Under the pieces are notes generated by a model. It worked only from the letters and a program-made list of their open reading frames with translations, did not search any database and was not told the origin of the DNA. A DNA stretch of 64,000 bases from an uncultured virus (IMG/VR IMGVR_UViG_2860837431_000002). Lineage: Duplodnaviria; Heunggongvirae; Uroviricota; Caudoviricetes. Positions 31,297 to 42,099 of this stretch are shown here, piece by piece. Positions within the stretch are counted from its first letter, which is position 1, and every line of letters starts with the position of its first letter. The translations under genes and the position numbers were made by a program. The stretch covers positions 1 to 64,000 of the IMG/VR virus record IMGVR_UViG_2860837431_000002. One strand, written 5' to 3'.

Positions 31297-32432
31297 TAAA
31301 CTCCCCCTTCATCTGTACCAATCTCAATTTTCCTTCTCATTAGCTCCTCTAGAGTTTCCTTTCCCTTGTCAGCTGGGCTGTCCTTGTAATCCAGTAAGCC
31401 TTCATAATCCCACAAAACATACACACGAACATAAGGAGTAAATTTTGCTGCGAGCTTTAGAATTTTCTTCTGATATTTAACCAATTTTTCTTGATATTTC
31501 TCCTCTGTCTCATGTTCTTTTGGTGGTCGGTATTTATCAAGAGCAATAAAAACTTCTTCAACACCAAGAGACAATAAAATGTCACGGTGAAAATTAGAAA
31601 TATTACTTGAACAAACAGCACAGGTGAAGTTTGATTCACCGTAAAAGTCTTGGCATTTTAATACTGATTTTTCTGATTCGAAAATCAATACTTTCTTGAA
31701 CCTTTCTATCGAATTTTTTGTTTTATGTAATCCATATAGATTCATCATTGTTTGATGGTTATATAAGATATTGCCAACTTTTAAAGGCATATATTTATAG
31801 CCTGCATCAACTTCTTCTTTAATCATTGAGCGCCTACGTATACCAATCAACCTATTATTTAAATCTCGATGGGGAATGGTAATCCCTTCTGTATGTGGTC
31901 TAAAATAGTACCCAATCTCAAACTCTTTTAATGTCTTATGACTTATTCCCTCACCTAGCCACAATTGGTGAGGATAAGGCACAAACACATCTAGAACAGT
32001 TTCATTAAAGCTGGGGAGCTCAATATGTATTTTTTTCTTCTTTTTGAACTTCCCCATCCATTCCCAGTCATCAATCAAATCATTGTTTATGTATGTCTCT
32101 CTATTCCCGAATCCAAATGTTCTTCCTGCTATTTTGGCAACATATTCGATAGCCTGGTTAAAAGAAATATTAATTCCTTTTTGGCTTTTTGCTCTTATAA
32201 CAAGTTCAAATACATCAAAATTATCTCCACACTCTGTATAACAGTGAAACTGTTTTGCTTCATGATAGTAATACAGCTTATAACTTCCACCAGCAGCATT
32301 GTGACAAACGGTTCTGTAGATTGGGTTTCCTTGTTGATCCCACTGATTGTTCTCACTACCTAAATCTTTTAAAATCTTATGTATATCCTCAATGGTCAGG
32401 CTTTCTTTTACTCTGTCTTTATCATACTTCAA
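31296..32432 (-). CDS. yorJ: DNA primase-like protein
   Basis: Zn finger (CH...CYTEC), TOPRIM-like FESEKS/ALD. Confidence 0.85.
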   Translation of the reverse strand: MKYDKDRVKESLTIEDIHKILKDLGSENNQWDQQGNPIYRTVCHNAAGGSYKLYYYHEAKQFHCYTECGDNFDVFELVIRAKSQKGINISFNQAIEYVAKIAGRTFGFGNRETYINNDLIDDWEWMGKFKKKKKIHIELPSFNETVLDVFVPYPHQLWLGEGISHKTLKEFEIGYYFRPHTEGITIPHRDLNNRLIGIRRRSMIKEEVDAGYKYMPLKVGNILYNHQTMMNLYGLHKTKNSIERFKKVLIFESEKSVLKCQDFYGESNFTCAVCSSNISNFHRDILLSLGVEEVFIALDKYRPPKEHETEEKYQEKLVKYQKKILKLAAKFTPYVRVYVLWDYEGLLDYKDSPADKGKETLEELMRRKIEIGTDEGGV

Positions 32433-32447
32433 AGGGCGCTACACCCC

Positions 32448-33962
32448 TCATCCTGCTTTTATATTCAATTTCTCAACTGTGATTAGTTCATTGTCAAGAT
32501 TTGTTGTGAAACAGTCCTTTATCCGCATGTTGCCCATATTGATATAAGAGAAGACTTTAACTTTGTCATACTCATTTCCCCTATTTTTAAATACATGTGT
32601 AACAAAATTTGGCTCTGGATAAAATCCTTCTTTTAAAATTGGATCAATTGCATCCTTCTCTTTTTTACTTAAAGGAAGAATAATCATTGCAGCATCTGTT
32701 TTATCTGCGATAGCCTTACTTCCTCTCAAATAAGAAGCATCTATTACTTGTCCTTTTAACCATGCTTCTTTCCAATCACCATTCAACTGAGTTGCGCTCA
32801 TCATATAGACATCATATTTGTTACATAAGCCCTTTAACTTATCCGACATAAGCAAAAGAATTTGGTCTTCCCTTAAATTGACCCCACTTTTTTTGCTCAT
32901 CTCTGAAAAAATGGTTACTGATGAGTGTATATAATCGAAATAAACGTACTCTACATTGTTTTTAATGACGTTCTTTTCAATGGTTCTTTCAATCTCCTGA
33001 ACATTAAAATCAGGCAGATGTTCAAACCATATGTTAGACTCCTGAAGAACTTTAGCAGCCTTACGCACAAGTTGTTTTTCTTGTTCATTGATTGTGTTTC
33101 TAAGGATTTTTTTCTCTTCTACACCACTAATGTAGGCAAGTGCTAAGCTTTGCAATTCTTCGGCCATCATTTCTGTTGAAATAACCGTAGAACTTTCACT
33201 CCATGGGTTTGATACCCATTCCTTCTTTTTAGGATCATAAAGTTCGGTTGCACTTAAGCGACAAGCGTCAGCGACCATGTTTCTTGTTTTACCGCCACCT
33301 GTAATACTTGAGCGCAGATAGAACTTTTTCTTCCGTGATCCACGAAATATTGAGGTGAGCATTTCGCTATTTAATGGAACTCCAATATCCGGGGATTCTT
33401 CGAATGAATCCAATAATTCATTAATACCTTCTCCCCCCTGGATTCCTACACTTTCAGATGAAGTTCTGAATTTTTCTTTTATGTCTACAATCTTCATTTC
33501 ATAAGCTGCTAAAATCTCATCAATCGACTTCTTATCAAACTGTTCTTGCATCTTTTCCTGTTCTTTTGGGTCAATCAGAGATTCATCATATATTTCCTTA
33601 ATATCGAATCCCAATCCATCCATTTCTCTAAGCAGACTAAACTTTTTTAATCTTTTATAGTGGTAATCAAAGTTTTCGACAACTGCCAACTCTTGAATTC
33701 TTTCTATATATTCAAGACCGTTATTATCATGGAAAATTTTATACTGAATATCGTAATCCTTAAGATATCCATCTATTTCAACCTCATTCAATACTTCAGT
33801 TCCTTGATGAAATAGATTGCTCATAGCAAAAAACAATATTGAATGAAACCTTGAAGGAAAATCATCCGAAGTTATCTTATATTTATTGCTCTCTGACAAG
33901 ATTGTGGGATCTTTTAAAATGCTCCCTAAAACTTGAATTATTGCCTGTTTGTCTTGTAGCAA
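32448..33962 (-). CDS. yorI: DnaB-like replicative helicase
   Basis: TGGGKT, ISTEM, FDYI, ATQLN and RGS motifs. Confidence 0.9.
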   Translation of the reverse strand: MLQDKQAIIQVLGSILKDPTILSESNKYKITSDDFPSRFHSILFFAMSNLFHQGTEVLNEVEIDGYLKDYDIQYKIFHDNNGLEYIERIQELAVVENFDYHYKRLKKFSLLREMDGLGFDIKEIYDESLIDPKEQEKMQEQFDKKSIDEILAAYEMKIVDIKEKFRTSSESVGIQGGEGINELLDSFEESPDIGVPLNSEMLTSIFRGSRKKKFYLRSSITGGGKTRNMVADACRLSATELYDPKKKEWVSNPWSESSTVISTEMMAEELQSLALAYISGVEEKKILRNTINEQEKQLVRKAAKVLQESNIWFEHLPDFNVQEIERTIEKNVIKNNVEYVYFDYIHSSVTIFSEMSKKSGVNLREDQILLLMSDKLKGLCNKYDVYMMSATQLNGDWKEAWLKGQVIDASYLRGSKAIADKTDAAMIILPLSKKEKDAIDPILKEGFYPEPNFVTHVFKNRGNEYDKVKVFSYINMGNMRIKDCFTTNLDNELITVEKLNIKAG

Positions 33963-33976
33963 ATGGACTCTCCTTC

Positions 33977-34447
33977 CTATAGCGTTGAGATATCAACTAG
34001 TCTTCTTTTCTTTCTCATTCCTTTTTTTATGACTAACGTAATTTCTTCTCTTTTATGATTCTTTGGATCTTCAGCTGATTTTCGGATGGCTTTTTGTCTA
34101 ATGTAATGCCGCTTTGCTTCATCATAAACAAATGGAACGATTCCAATGCCATCACCTTCTCTGGGTTGATTATCTAAAGTTTCATAAAAGTACCTAAGCG
34201 CTAGTTCAATGCCTTTAAGCTTATACTCATATTCCTCTTGAAACTCTTTAATTTGTTTCAACATCATGCCAGTTGGAGATGTAAGACCATATAAATTGCA
34301 TATGTATTGAATTAACTCTTTTCTGTGATCTGATTCTTGCTTCCAGGTATTAAAACACTTTTCATGGTAATATCTTTTTTTATAAGGAATTGCTGAGTCT
34401 TTGTCTAACTTGGTCTCGCAATAAGGACATTTAACTTGTCTCCCCAA
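33977..34447 (-). CDS. yorH: YorH (Zn-finger, putative helicase loader)
   Basis: CPYC...HEKC; 156 aa; synteny. Confidence 0.7.
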   Translation of the reverse strand: MGRQVKCPYCETKLDKDSAIPYKKRYYHEKCFNTWKQESDHRKELIQYICNLYGLTSPTGMMLKQIKEFQEEYEYKLKGIELALRYFYETLDNQPREGDGIGIVPFVYDEAKRHYIRQKAIRKSAEDPKNHKREEITLVIKKGMRKKRRLVDISTL

Positions 34448-34489
34448 ATAATCACTCCTAATAAGGAGGAGAGAATAATCCCTCCTCTT

Positions 34490-35461
34490 TTATTCTGCTA
34501 GAAGGTCTTTTAGATCATCTAGAATTACAGACATGACACCTACTTGCTTACGGCTGCACTCAGTAACTTTTACACCCTTACCTAAATGTTTCTCTGTAAT
34601 CTCATTAACTTCTTCTAAACGGCCTTCTTCATTAAGCTTCATACCAATTTCTTTAATTTGATCCATTAATGAGTTGAAATCAAGTTCTTCTGAAGCGTTG
34701 TTTTGTTTTTGCTCTTCGTATGTAACAGCAACAATTCCTTCTGCTTGCTCCTGTCTTTCGACTGCCTCAATAATTGCTTTTTCTAAGTTTTCTGCAGTAA
34801 ATTCAGGAAGGTATGTGTCAATATAATCAAATCGGCTACGAGCAAAATGCTCTTCAGTTTCAGCTAACCAAGCACTTGATTTGATTACTTTTCTATCTTC
34901 ATCAACACCATTAGAACTTAGATAAAGAACAATATCGCTGTTATCAATTACTGGAGCTAAAACTCGTTTATCCCCCTTCGGATATACTTTGCCTTTTTTG
35001 TCTTCAGCAGCATGAGCAATAAAGATAACCGTAAATCCTACGCCAATTAATTTATTGATTTCTTCCCATACTTCAGTTTCATACTCTTTCCAAAGGCCAA
35101 ACCCATCATTACCATCTTTAATCCGTTCTACATCATATTGCTCACATACATATCTAGTCGCGTATTTAGCAAAAGCGTCTACTTCATCAACAATGATTGT
35201 CTGATACATTTCTTTGGCCTTTTCAGCATTTTTAGTTAACTGTTTGTTTACCTTTTTAAAATCAGCCCAACTATTGATAGGCATGAATTGGACACCGGCA
35301 ATGGCATTTAATCCTTTTTCGAATGGCAGATATAACGGTTTCTTCATCCGAGTGCTTTGCTTAGTTTTACCTAAGTTGTTAGGACCGTAGATTGTGATAA
35401 CTTTTCCTTCTAATCCTTTTGCTACTACAGAAACTTGTGGGTTGAAAATATCGATTGCCAT
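34490..35461 (-). CDS. yorG: AAA_24/Sak4-like ATPase
   Basis: YGPNNLGKT Walker A, IIVDE Walker B, FIAH. Confidence 0.8.
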   Translation of the reverse strand: MAIDIFNPQVSVVAKGLEGKVITIYGPNNLGKTKQSTRMKKPLYLPFEKGLNAIAGVQFMPINSWADFKKVNKQLTKNAEKAKEMYQTIIVDEVDAFAKYATRYVCEQYDVERIKDGNDGFGLWKEYETEVWEEINKLIGVGFTVIFIAHAAEDKKGKVYPKGDKRVLAPVIDNSDIVLYLSSNGVDEDRKVIKSSAWLAETEEHFARSRFDYIDTYLPEFTAENLEKAIIEAVERQEQAEGIVAVTYEEQKQNNASEELDFNSLMDQIKEIGMKLNEEGRLEEVNEITEKHLGKGVKVTECSRKQVGVMSVILDDLKDLLAE

Positions 35462-35539
35462 TTTAGCTCTCCTTTTATTTTGTATTTGGTGGGTGAGTCA
35501 AAGCTCACCCCAGTTATGTATTAGATGATCTATTTTATT

Positions 35540-36454
35540 TTAGAAAGGGAGATCATCATCTGAAATTTCAACCGGCTTTGAAGGCTTGTTATTAGGAGCA
35601 CTTCCACCAAAGCCAGACTTTTTATTGTTTTCATTGCTGCTTTCGTTCTTAAGTCCTTCTAGATAAGTCTCTCTTTCAGTCAATGCTTTTTTAATTACTT
35701 CTGGATTAAAAGCATTTTTACTATCTTCATCATAAGGATCGTTCCCACCTGTAACTAGATACTCTCTTTTTGTAATGGAGGTGATTTCTTTTTTGTCTTC
35801 TCCAAATGCAGCAGTTTTGGTTGTTACTTTTTGTTCTTTATAATTAATAATCTTTCCGAAGACATTAACCGTAGATCCTTTTTCATAATTATTTTCAACA
35901 TATTGAGAACCTTCCTTAGTTACTACAAATGTAAAAGGAATGACTTTCCCGCCATACAAAGGGATATAACCATTTAAATTAACTCTTCCTGTTTCTTCTC
36001 CTTTTACTTTTTCTTCAGTTACATTTTTAACAAATAGTTCAACATCAAATTCAGCTTTAGGATTAAATTCTTCATTAGCATCGAGTCTGTTTACAAAGTT
36101 GGTAGTTAACTGTGGATACGCCTTTAAAATCCCTTGAGAGTAATATTCATTTAATCCAATCTTCCCTTGGGTGATTCTCACTTTATCAGCTTGATCTCTC
36201 CCATGTTCTGCAATGGACTTATAGTCACTTATAATAGTTTGATACCCTTTTGCAATAGCATTATCTGTACCATCAGCTTTCTTATATTTTGAAAAGCCTT
36301 TAACTGTATGCACTTCGTTAGGTGCAACCTCAATATCTAATTCAATATTTAGTCCATTTCCATTTTTCCACTCAGTGTGTCTTACTTCTGCCAGGGTTCC
36401 TTCAATTGTTACAACGTTTGATGCTTCACGTAATACCGTTTTGTTTTCTGTCAT
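35540..36454 (-). CDS. yorF: Putative ssDNA-binding protein
   Basis: Acidic tail DDDLPF; 304 aa. Confidence 0.75.
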   Translation of the reverse strand: MTENKTVLREASNVVTIEGTLAEVRHTEWKNGNGLNIELDIEVAPNEVHTVKGFSKYKKADGTDNAIAKGYQTIISDYKSIAEHGRDQADKVRITQGKIGLNEYYSQGILKAYPQLTTNFVNRLDANEEFNPKAEFDVELFVKNVTEEKVKGEETGRVNLNGYIPLYGGKVIPFTFVVTKEGSQYVENNYEKGSTVNVFGKIINYKEQKVTTKTAAFGEDKKEITSITKREYLVTGGNDPYDEDSKNAFNPEVIKKALTERETYLEGLKNESSNENNKKSGFGGSAPNNKPSKPVEISDDDLPF

Positions 36455-36476
36455 ATATTTTTATCATCCTCTATTT

Positions 36477-36848
36477 TTATTTTTGTCTATTGTGATTTTT
36501 CTTTGAATATGTAATTTTGCTAAACTCGCAGTCTTTGATTCCAAGTTCTTTACTAAGTTCTATGTACCTTCTTTTTGGGAACTTCCAATCATTTTGGTCA
36601 GAAAAACATCCTGACTTATTTACAATTTCAAATACCTGCTTTTTTCTGTTAACTTTGATTGTCATGTTTCCGTAAGCATACTCTGTGAAGAATAAACGTT
36701 TTTTAACTCGCTCAGGATGAGTTTCTTTGACAAGTGAGACATTCCTTATCATCTTTAACAGTGCCTGATCAGGAGTAATTGTCTTGTTGCCTTTAACGTT
36801 TTCTCTGTAATAGCTTAATGCCTTCTCTGTTATCCCAAGTACCTCCAA
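36477..36848 (-). CDS. yorE: YorE-like protein
   Basis: 123 aa; first gene of the replication operon. Confidence 0.65.
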   Translation of the reverse strand: MEVLGITEKALSYYRENVKGNKTITPDQALLKMIRNVSLVKETHPERVKKRLFFTEYAYGNMTIKVNRKKQVFEIVNKSGCFSDQNDWKFPKRRYIELSKELGIKDCEFSKITYSKKNHNRQK

Positions 36849-36880
36849 GTAATTCGCCTCCTTCCCCTTAACTTGATTTT

Positions 36881-36909
36881 ATTATATACATATTTTTTAT
36901 CTTTGTCTA
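36881..36909 (-). promoter_or_regulatory. sigma-A promoter with SPBRE-like operator for the replication operon
   Basis: TAGACA-N17-TATAAT with ATACATATTTTTTATCTTTG. Confidence 0.75.
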
Positions 36910-37161
36910 CATGTTTTATAAACTTTTATATTTTTTATTTTTGTATTTCATTGCGATCTTTCTAATTCGAATAAAATTATCATTTTATTGAGTTACAAGG
37001 GTCAAGGAGCCACACAATGGCAGCTCCTGAGTTGATCAGCCTCCGACTCTAACTTCCATATTAGCTCATCCCCCAATAATATTAATCACTTTTCAACCCC
37101 CAAAACCATTTTAATTCTCTCCCTTAGGATTAAAGAGAATTATATCATGGATTTATAATAA

Positions 37162-37542
37162 TTAAACAATTTCACTCCATAACCATACATCCATTGTTTG
37201 CAATGTAAATCCGTCGGGTAGCTGCTTCATTTTCACATTTACATTGTATCTTCTGCCGGTTGTTTTATGTACAATAGCCAGTTCTTCTCCATTAAAGAAT
37301 CGCACAATGGCCTCATCAAATGCAATTGGCTGATTAACCACATAACCTTCCTTTAAAGCTCTAATAAATAAATAGGGATCATTTTTATACAGCTCATAAA
37401 GAATGTTCGCATATTGTTCGTTCTTGTCTCTAAGTAGTTCAAAATTAATCAACGGTATGTATAAGTCTTTGTCTGATAAATTTAATTTGTTTCTAAAGTA
37501 TTTAATTGCTTCATCTTGCTCTTTAGAAATGGTGTTTGACAT
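37162..37542 (-). CDS. yorC: YorC-like protein
   Basis: 126 aa, synteny. Confidence 0.65.
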   Translation of the reverse strand: MSNTISKEQDEAIKYFRNKLNLSDKDLYIPLINFELLRDKNEQYANILYELYKNDPYLFIRALKEGYVVNQPIAFDEAIVRFFNGEELAIVHKTTGRRYNVNVKMKQLPDGFTLQTMDVWLWSEIV

Positions 37543-37604
37543 TCAGTTAACCCCTTTATTCGTATGATAACTAGGCTAATCTTAGAGACTAGCCCAGCAT
37601 TGCC

Positions 37605-37901
37605 TTATAAATATTCTACTAGACCATCGTCTTTAGCCCCTTCTGCTATTAGACTATAGGCAGCCAGAAGATGCTCTTTGATTTTCTCTTTTGTTTCTTC
37701 CCCGAATGCATCAAAACCAATTTTAACATCGCTTGAGTAATTAATTTTCCTATTCCCTACTTGAACTACATTTTCCTTTTTAATTTGAGCAATAAAATAA
37801 GCATTTGCTAGGTTCTTTCCCAAATACTCCTCTGTTAATGGATCATAATCATCGAAAACCTCATACCGTATTTCTCCGATTCTAAGCTTCTGCTCACTCA
37901 T
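37605..37901 (-). CDS. yorB: YorB-like SOS-induced protein
   Basis: 98 aa, upstream LexA box, synteny. Confidence 0.65.
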   Translation of the reverse strand: MSEQKLRIGEIRYEVFDDYDPLTEEYLGKNLANAYFIAQIKKENVVQVGNRKINYSSDVKIGFDAFGEETKEKIKEHLLAAYSLIAEGAKDDGLVEYL

Positions 37902-37962
37902 ACTCTCATCCCCTGTTTTGAAATTTTTGGTACTACTAAATTATATACCAAAACCCATAAAG

Positions 37963-37976
37963 GGAACAAGTGTTCT
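37963..37976. promoter_or_regulatory. LexA (Cheo) box
   Basis: GGAAC-AAGT-GTTCT. Confidence 0.65.
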
Positions 37977-37988
37977 TGTTGAGATATT

Positions 37989-39749
37989 TTATTTATAATC
38001 GATTACTGTATCATCTAATGCTAATCTAGGTGTGCCGCTGTCGTATGTATTATGAATTAAAGTTGTACTGGAAGCATTAAACGTTGCATATGGATGTGAA
38101 AGCACTCTTGTGCCAATACCTTGAACATCATTCCTAATTAAACGAACCTTTTTTGTCCCGTTTAAATATATCCCATAGCCTTGATCTGAATCTCTGTTAA
38201 ACATAATTTCATTTCCCCTTACCATATGCTCAGAACCACCTATTAAGTGGATTGCAATAATTGCTTTGCAATTATATATCTGGTTATCACTTATTCTGAT
38301 ATTGTACATATCAGCTGCACCCATAATTGCAACATTTCTTGGTTCAAATATCTCATTCCTTGTTAGGAAGACTTCTGAATCTTTATCCCAATATATCCCG
38401 TAACCTTTTCCACTCAATAAGAAATCGTTTAGCTTAATTCTGACTGCCTGAGATCTCTCACAATATAGACCTCCGTAAAGATTGGAGAACGTATTATTTA
38501 AGAATTTAACGTCATTCGAATCCATCACTTTAATTGCATATGTTGAGGTTGTCCCTTTCCCTTTATTATTGCTTACTTTAATATCTGATGAATTCCTCAC
38601 CTGGATCTGAATACAATCGCTGTCCTGTATTCTGTTGTTTGAAATGGAAACATCTTCGGCCATATGTGTTGCTATCGCACAATTTGAAGCGTTCTTTACG
38701 GTATTATTATCAACCGATACGCCTTTTCCTCTAATCATCATGCCTATTTTAAACCCTTGAATATTGTTATCAGTTATTTGAATTCTGTTGCTAGTCTCAG
38801 TGCTCGAAACGCCTACAGAGTCTATTCCATACTCTTTAGATTCCCCTTCATTTATTATCTTGTTACCCTTAATACTCACATCTGTACTGTAGCCATATGA
38901 AATAACATTGTCACAGTAGTTATCTTTGATGGAAACTTTACCGCTTGTATGAGCAGTAACCGAACCACGACCATTTTTTCTAAACCTGCAATCCGATATC
39001 GTTAACTCATAAGGATGATCATACTTTCTTCCGTTTTCTCCGTAGCCCTCTAAATCAATACCTAGTTGAGGGCCAATTGTATCTCCTCCAGCTTCCTCTA
39101 TATCACAGTCTTCAACCAATAATCCTTCACAACCGTTAGTAGCTAAATTGTTCCGTCTCCCTCTTTTCAGTTCGCATTTTCTTACGGTCACACTTTTGGA
39201 AGGCGTATAAACCATCCCTGGGTAATTCATCATTCCGTGAGCTGCAATCCAAATGTTGTCTCCAATACAATCTGAGATTTGTACATTTTCAATCAAAACA
39301 TTTTTGCTTCCATGAACATGTATTCCAAATCCCCATTCATGTGTTTTTCTATTGGTATCAATTAGAGAATAATCATGTTGATACCGGTCACCTATAATAC
39401 GACCTCCTCTAATTATTACGTTCTCTGCAAGCCCAATATAAAAACAAGAATAGCCCTGATACCCATTAGGGTTAACTTGAAACACTGCTTCTGGATCCAA
39501 AAGGAGCTCCGTATTTGATGGGATTTTAATTCCCCCACCAATTTCAGGATTTCGTTGATTTAATGTATTTACTGAATCAATAATAAAATTCCCTTTTGGA
39601 ATTTCAACAATAGAAAAGTTGTTCTCTGATGCATATATAAGAGCTTCATTAAATCCTTTAGTTGTTTCAATTGGATTCGAGTTAAATGCATTTATTCCCC
39701 ACTGATCAAAGTCAACATAGTATCGTATGGATTTATTCAACAATGTCAT
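37989..39749 (-). CDS. yorA: Right-handed beta-helix (pectin-lyase-like) protein
   Basis: Repeated I.I..N.I motifs, 586 aa. Confidence 0.85.
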   Translation of the reverse strand: MTLLNKSIRYYVDFDQWGINAFNSNPIETTKGFNEALIYASENNFSIVEIPKGNFIIDSVNTLNQRNPEIGGGIKIPSNTELLLDPEAVFQVNPNGYQGYSCFYIGLAENVIIRGGRIIGDRYQHDYSLIDTNRKTHEWGFGIHVHGSKNVLIENVQISDCIGDNIWIAAHGMMNYPGMVYTPSKSVTVRKCELKRGRRNNLATNGCEGLLVEDCDIEEAGGDTIGPQLGIDLEGYGENGRKYDHPYELTISDCRFRKNGRGSVTAHTSGKVSIKDNYCDNVISYGYSTDVSIKGNKIINEGESKEYGIDSVGVSSTETSNRIQITDNNIQGFKIGMMIRGKGVSVDNNTVKNASNCAIATHMAEDVSISNNRIQDSDCIQIQVRNSSDIKVSNNKGKGTTSTYAIKVMDSNDVKFLNNTFSNLYGGLYCERSQAVRIKLNDFLLSGKGYGIYWDKDSEVFLTRNEIFEPRNVAIMGAADMYNIRISDNQIYNCKAIIAIHLIGGSEHMVRGNEIMFNRDSDQGYGIYLNGTKKVRLIRNDVQGIGTRVLSHPYATFNASSTTLIHNTYDSGTPRLALDDTVIDYK

Positions 39750-40570
39750 GGTGCTACACCAGCCATACAATACACATTTTCATTAATGAATTTAGTTAGA
39801 ACAGCAATATAGTCATAAAAAACTTGATTCTGCGTTCCATTCCGTCCAGCTAGTGTAAAAGTATTAAACATTTCTCTTCGTTGTTCAGTGCTTATTTCAA
39901 GTTGAATACTCATACCAGTGCTATTTTTATTAGCAATGTTCTGCTCATTTGTGCCAGCTAAACGGGAATCTTCAGACAGCAATTCTGCAGAAAAGCCTGC
40001 ATCAGTAAGCAACGATGTAATCTTTGCTGCTTTTTCTCTGTCTGTCCCACCAACTAAAGTGTGTTTCTTACTTGATGCATACCCATGAATTGAGATTGTT
40101 AAATCATGCTTACTTAATAAATCTAAAGCTTGAGGATCATCAAAATTCGTACTTGTAATATGCAACTCAGAAGCTCCTGGTATTCTTAAACCTTCAAATA
40201 GATAGGTAGAATAAGACTTACTTAGTTCTTTTGCAAGCTCGCTAGTCCCTCCTTCAATACCTCCACCATGAGGAGCCAAAATAAGCACACGCCTATCAAC
40301 ATCGGTAGTTAGAATGTTATAGCTCAAAGGTGACTCATTTGCTTTCAACTCTTTAAAATTACTATACTTATCTGCAGCTAGAACTGAACTTTGATTAAAC
40401 AATGCAAACAGTGAGGTAACTAGGATTGGAAAAGACTTCTTGGCTGTGATATACTTATATAGCTTCGTAACCTTGCGAAGTGTGCGGTAGAGAAGGTCAG
40501 GCCCGCCAAAGCTAGCCTTCTCTGCCCCCTTAATCTCTTTTTCCTCTATTCTGTTTTTGAACTTCAACAA
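39746..40570 (-). CDS. pghZ: Poly-gamma-glutamate hydrolase
   Basis: APHGGGIEGGTSE, LHITST.FD, SIHG and QLEIS motifs (YoqZ). Confidence 0.9.
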   Translation of the reverse strand: MLKFKNRIEEKEIKGAEKASFGGPDLLYRTLRKVTKLYKYITAKKSFPILVTSLFALFNQSSVLAADKYSNFKELKANESPLSYNILTTDVDRRVLILAPHGGGIEGGTSELAKELSKSYSTYLFEGLRIPGASELHITSTNFDDPQALDLLSKHDLTISIHGYASSKKHTLVGGTDREKAAKITSLLTDAGFSAELLSEDSRLAGTNEQNIANKNSTGMSIQLEISTEQRREMFNTFTLAGRNGTQNQVFYDYIAVLTKFINENVYCMAGVAP

Positions 40571-40668
40571 TTAACAACTCTCCTTATATAATTTTATATT
40601 TATTCCCTATTTTCATCTTATAAGCAGTCACATTAGTACCACCCCCTTATCCGAATAAAAAATTACTT

Positions 40669-41046
40669 TTAACTGATTTGTCTTAACTGTTCACTCATAT
40701 AACCAACCCATTCAGTAAAAGCACTAATTATAGGTTGTCTATTGCCTGAATCTGCCCACCCTGCGAAACCAATAAAACCATCTGGATTAAAGCTAATTGC
40801 TTCTCTTTGAGTAAAATAGTGACTGTTTATGTAAAGATAACAACTTTTTAAAGTTCCATTTGTTTTGTATTTGCTTTTTATTTTCTGACTCATTCTCATT
40901 GTATCAACAGACATTGTATGTGCTTTAACTGCCTGTTTAATATGCTTATTGAGCAGCATAACTAAAGCACAAATATCTCCCTCCGTAATGTCTTCATAAC
41001 TAATTCCCTTTTGTATAAAATAATTTCTTGCTTCTTCTGAAGTCAT
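40669..41046 (-). CDS. Hypothetical protein (single-gene cassette)
   Basis: Bounded by sites 40655 and 41067. Confidence 0.65.
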   Translation of the reverse strand: MTSEEARNYFIQKGISYEDITEGDICALVMLLNKHIKQAVKAHTMSVDTMRMSQKIKSKYKTNGTLKSCYLYINSHYFTQREAISFNPDGFIGFAGWADSGNRQPIISAFTEWVGYMSEQLRQIS

Positions 41047-41103
41047 TTAAACATCTCCCTATCTGGTTAAAATATCGTTTTTATTGAATGTTTAATTTTA
41101 TTT

Positions 41104-41808
41104 TTACTCCAGTGCTATTTTATAATCTTCATTAAGCCATTTGAGTAGTAAATCATATCTTTCTTGTCTATAAAAGGACTTGTTTAAGTACCAGCTATAA
41201 AGTGAATTAGTTCCTTTGCTTGAATTGCAAGATTTACAAGCAGGGACATTATTACTTAAATCGTTTGCACCATTAGGGTCAACATGGTCTAAATGGAGTT
41301 TTTGATTGTTAACTTTAAAATGGTCTATCTCCGATAATCCACAATAGGCACAACTGTAGTTAAAATATGATTTACACCTGTCTCTCTCAACTTCAGAAAT
41401 TTTGTGTTTTTTCTCTTTCCTTTTCAACTGGTAAAACTTTATTTTTTCTTTATTTAACCTTTGGTATTCTCTTATATAACCGTTTTGAGTTCTCTTCTTC
41501 CAAGCAATATTGTTCCGTTCTCTTCCTTTGTCACTCTTAGCATATTTTTCTTTCAAGATCCTAGAAGATTCTCGATTATTAATGGCCCATTTATGGGCTT
41601 TATTGATAGCGCATGATTTGCAATATGGGTATAATCCATCTATGTTATTACTTTTATTTTTATAGTACACATCTGTTAACAGCCAATCATTACATATCGA
41701 ACAAAGCTTGTATTCAACACCATTGATTATTTTGTGCGTTTTATTGTATTTGTCCTTTTTCCTTTGAATTGCTCTTCTAACTTTCTCTTCTTGTGTTAAT
41801 CCGATCAC
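41104..41808 (-). CDS. HNH endonuclease
   Basis: CAYCG...LDHV...NNVPACKSCNSSK. Confidence 0.85.
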   Translation of the reverse strand: MIGLTQEEKVRRAIQRKKDKYNKTHKIINGVEYKLCSICNDWLLTDVYYKNKSNNIDGLYPYCKSCAINKAHKWAINNRESSRILKEKYAKSDKGRERNNIAWKKRTQNGYIREYQRLNKEKIKFYQLKRKEKKHKISEVERDRCKSYFNYSCAYCGLSEIDHFKVNNQKLHLDHVDPNGANDLSNNVPACKSCNSSKGTNSLYSWYLNKSFYRQERYDLLLKWLNEDYKIALE

Positions 41809-41810
41809 TT

Positions 41811-42032
41811 TTACCCTCTTCTAATTTTATTTTTATCCAACAAATCAATAATGTAAGTCTCATACATGTCATCCCAATAAGGATCTGTTCTCGCTATGTA
41901 TTTCTTTGTTCTTCCGTTCTCCTCAATCTTAAAGGTTTGTCCCTTTTGAATATCGGTGAACTTTTTCTTTCTCCATATTCCCCTGATCAACACATCAACT
42001 TCTTTAACCTCAATTGTTTGCTGCAGCATCAC
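41811..42032 (-). CDS. YoqX-like protein
   Basis: 73 aa, synteny. Confidence 0.55.
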   Translation of the reverse strand: MMLQQTIEVKEVDVLIRGIWRKKKFTDIQKGQTFKIEENGRTKKYIARTDPYWDDMYETYIIDLLDKNKIRRG

Positions 42033-42099
42033 ATTCCTCCTTTTTGATTTTCATGTACCAAGCCTGTACAATATTCAAAAACCCTAAAGGATGATGAAC

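Noticed and set aside
25708..33146. Short + strand ORFs in the track overlapping yorL-yorI (and similar ones elsewhere)
   Set aside because: They are antisense shadows of long conserved genes, with no RBS or motifs.
36990..37150. Possible small RNA or gene remnant between yorC and yorE
   Set aside because: It has a GC-rich hairpin and an RBS-like run but only very short ORFs, so no call can be supported.
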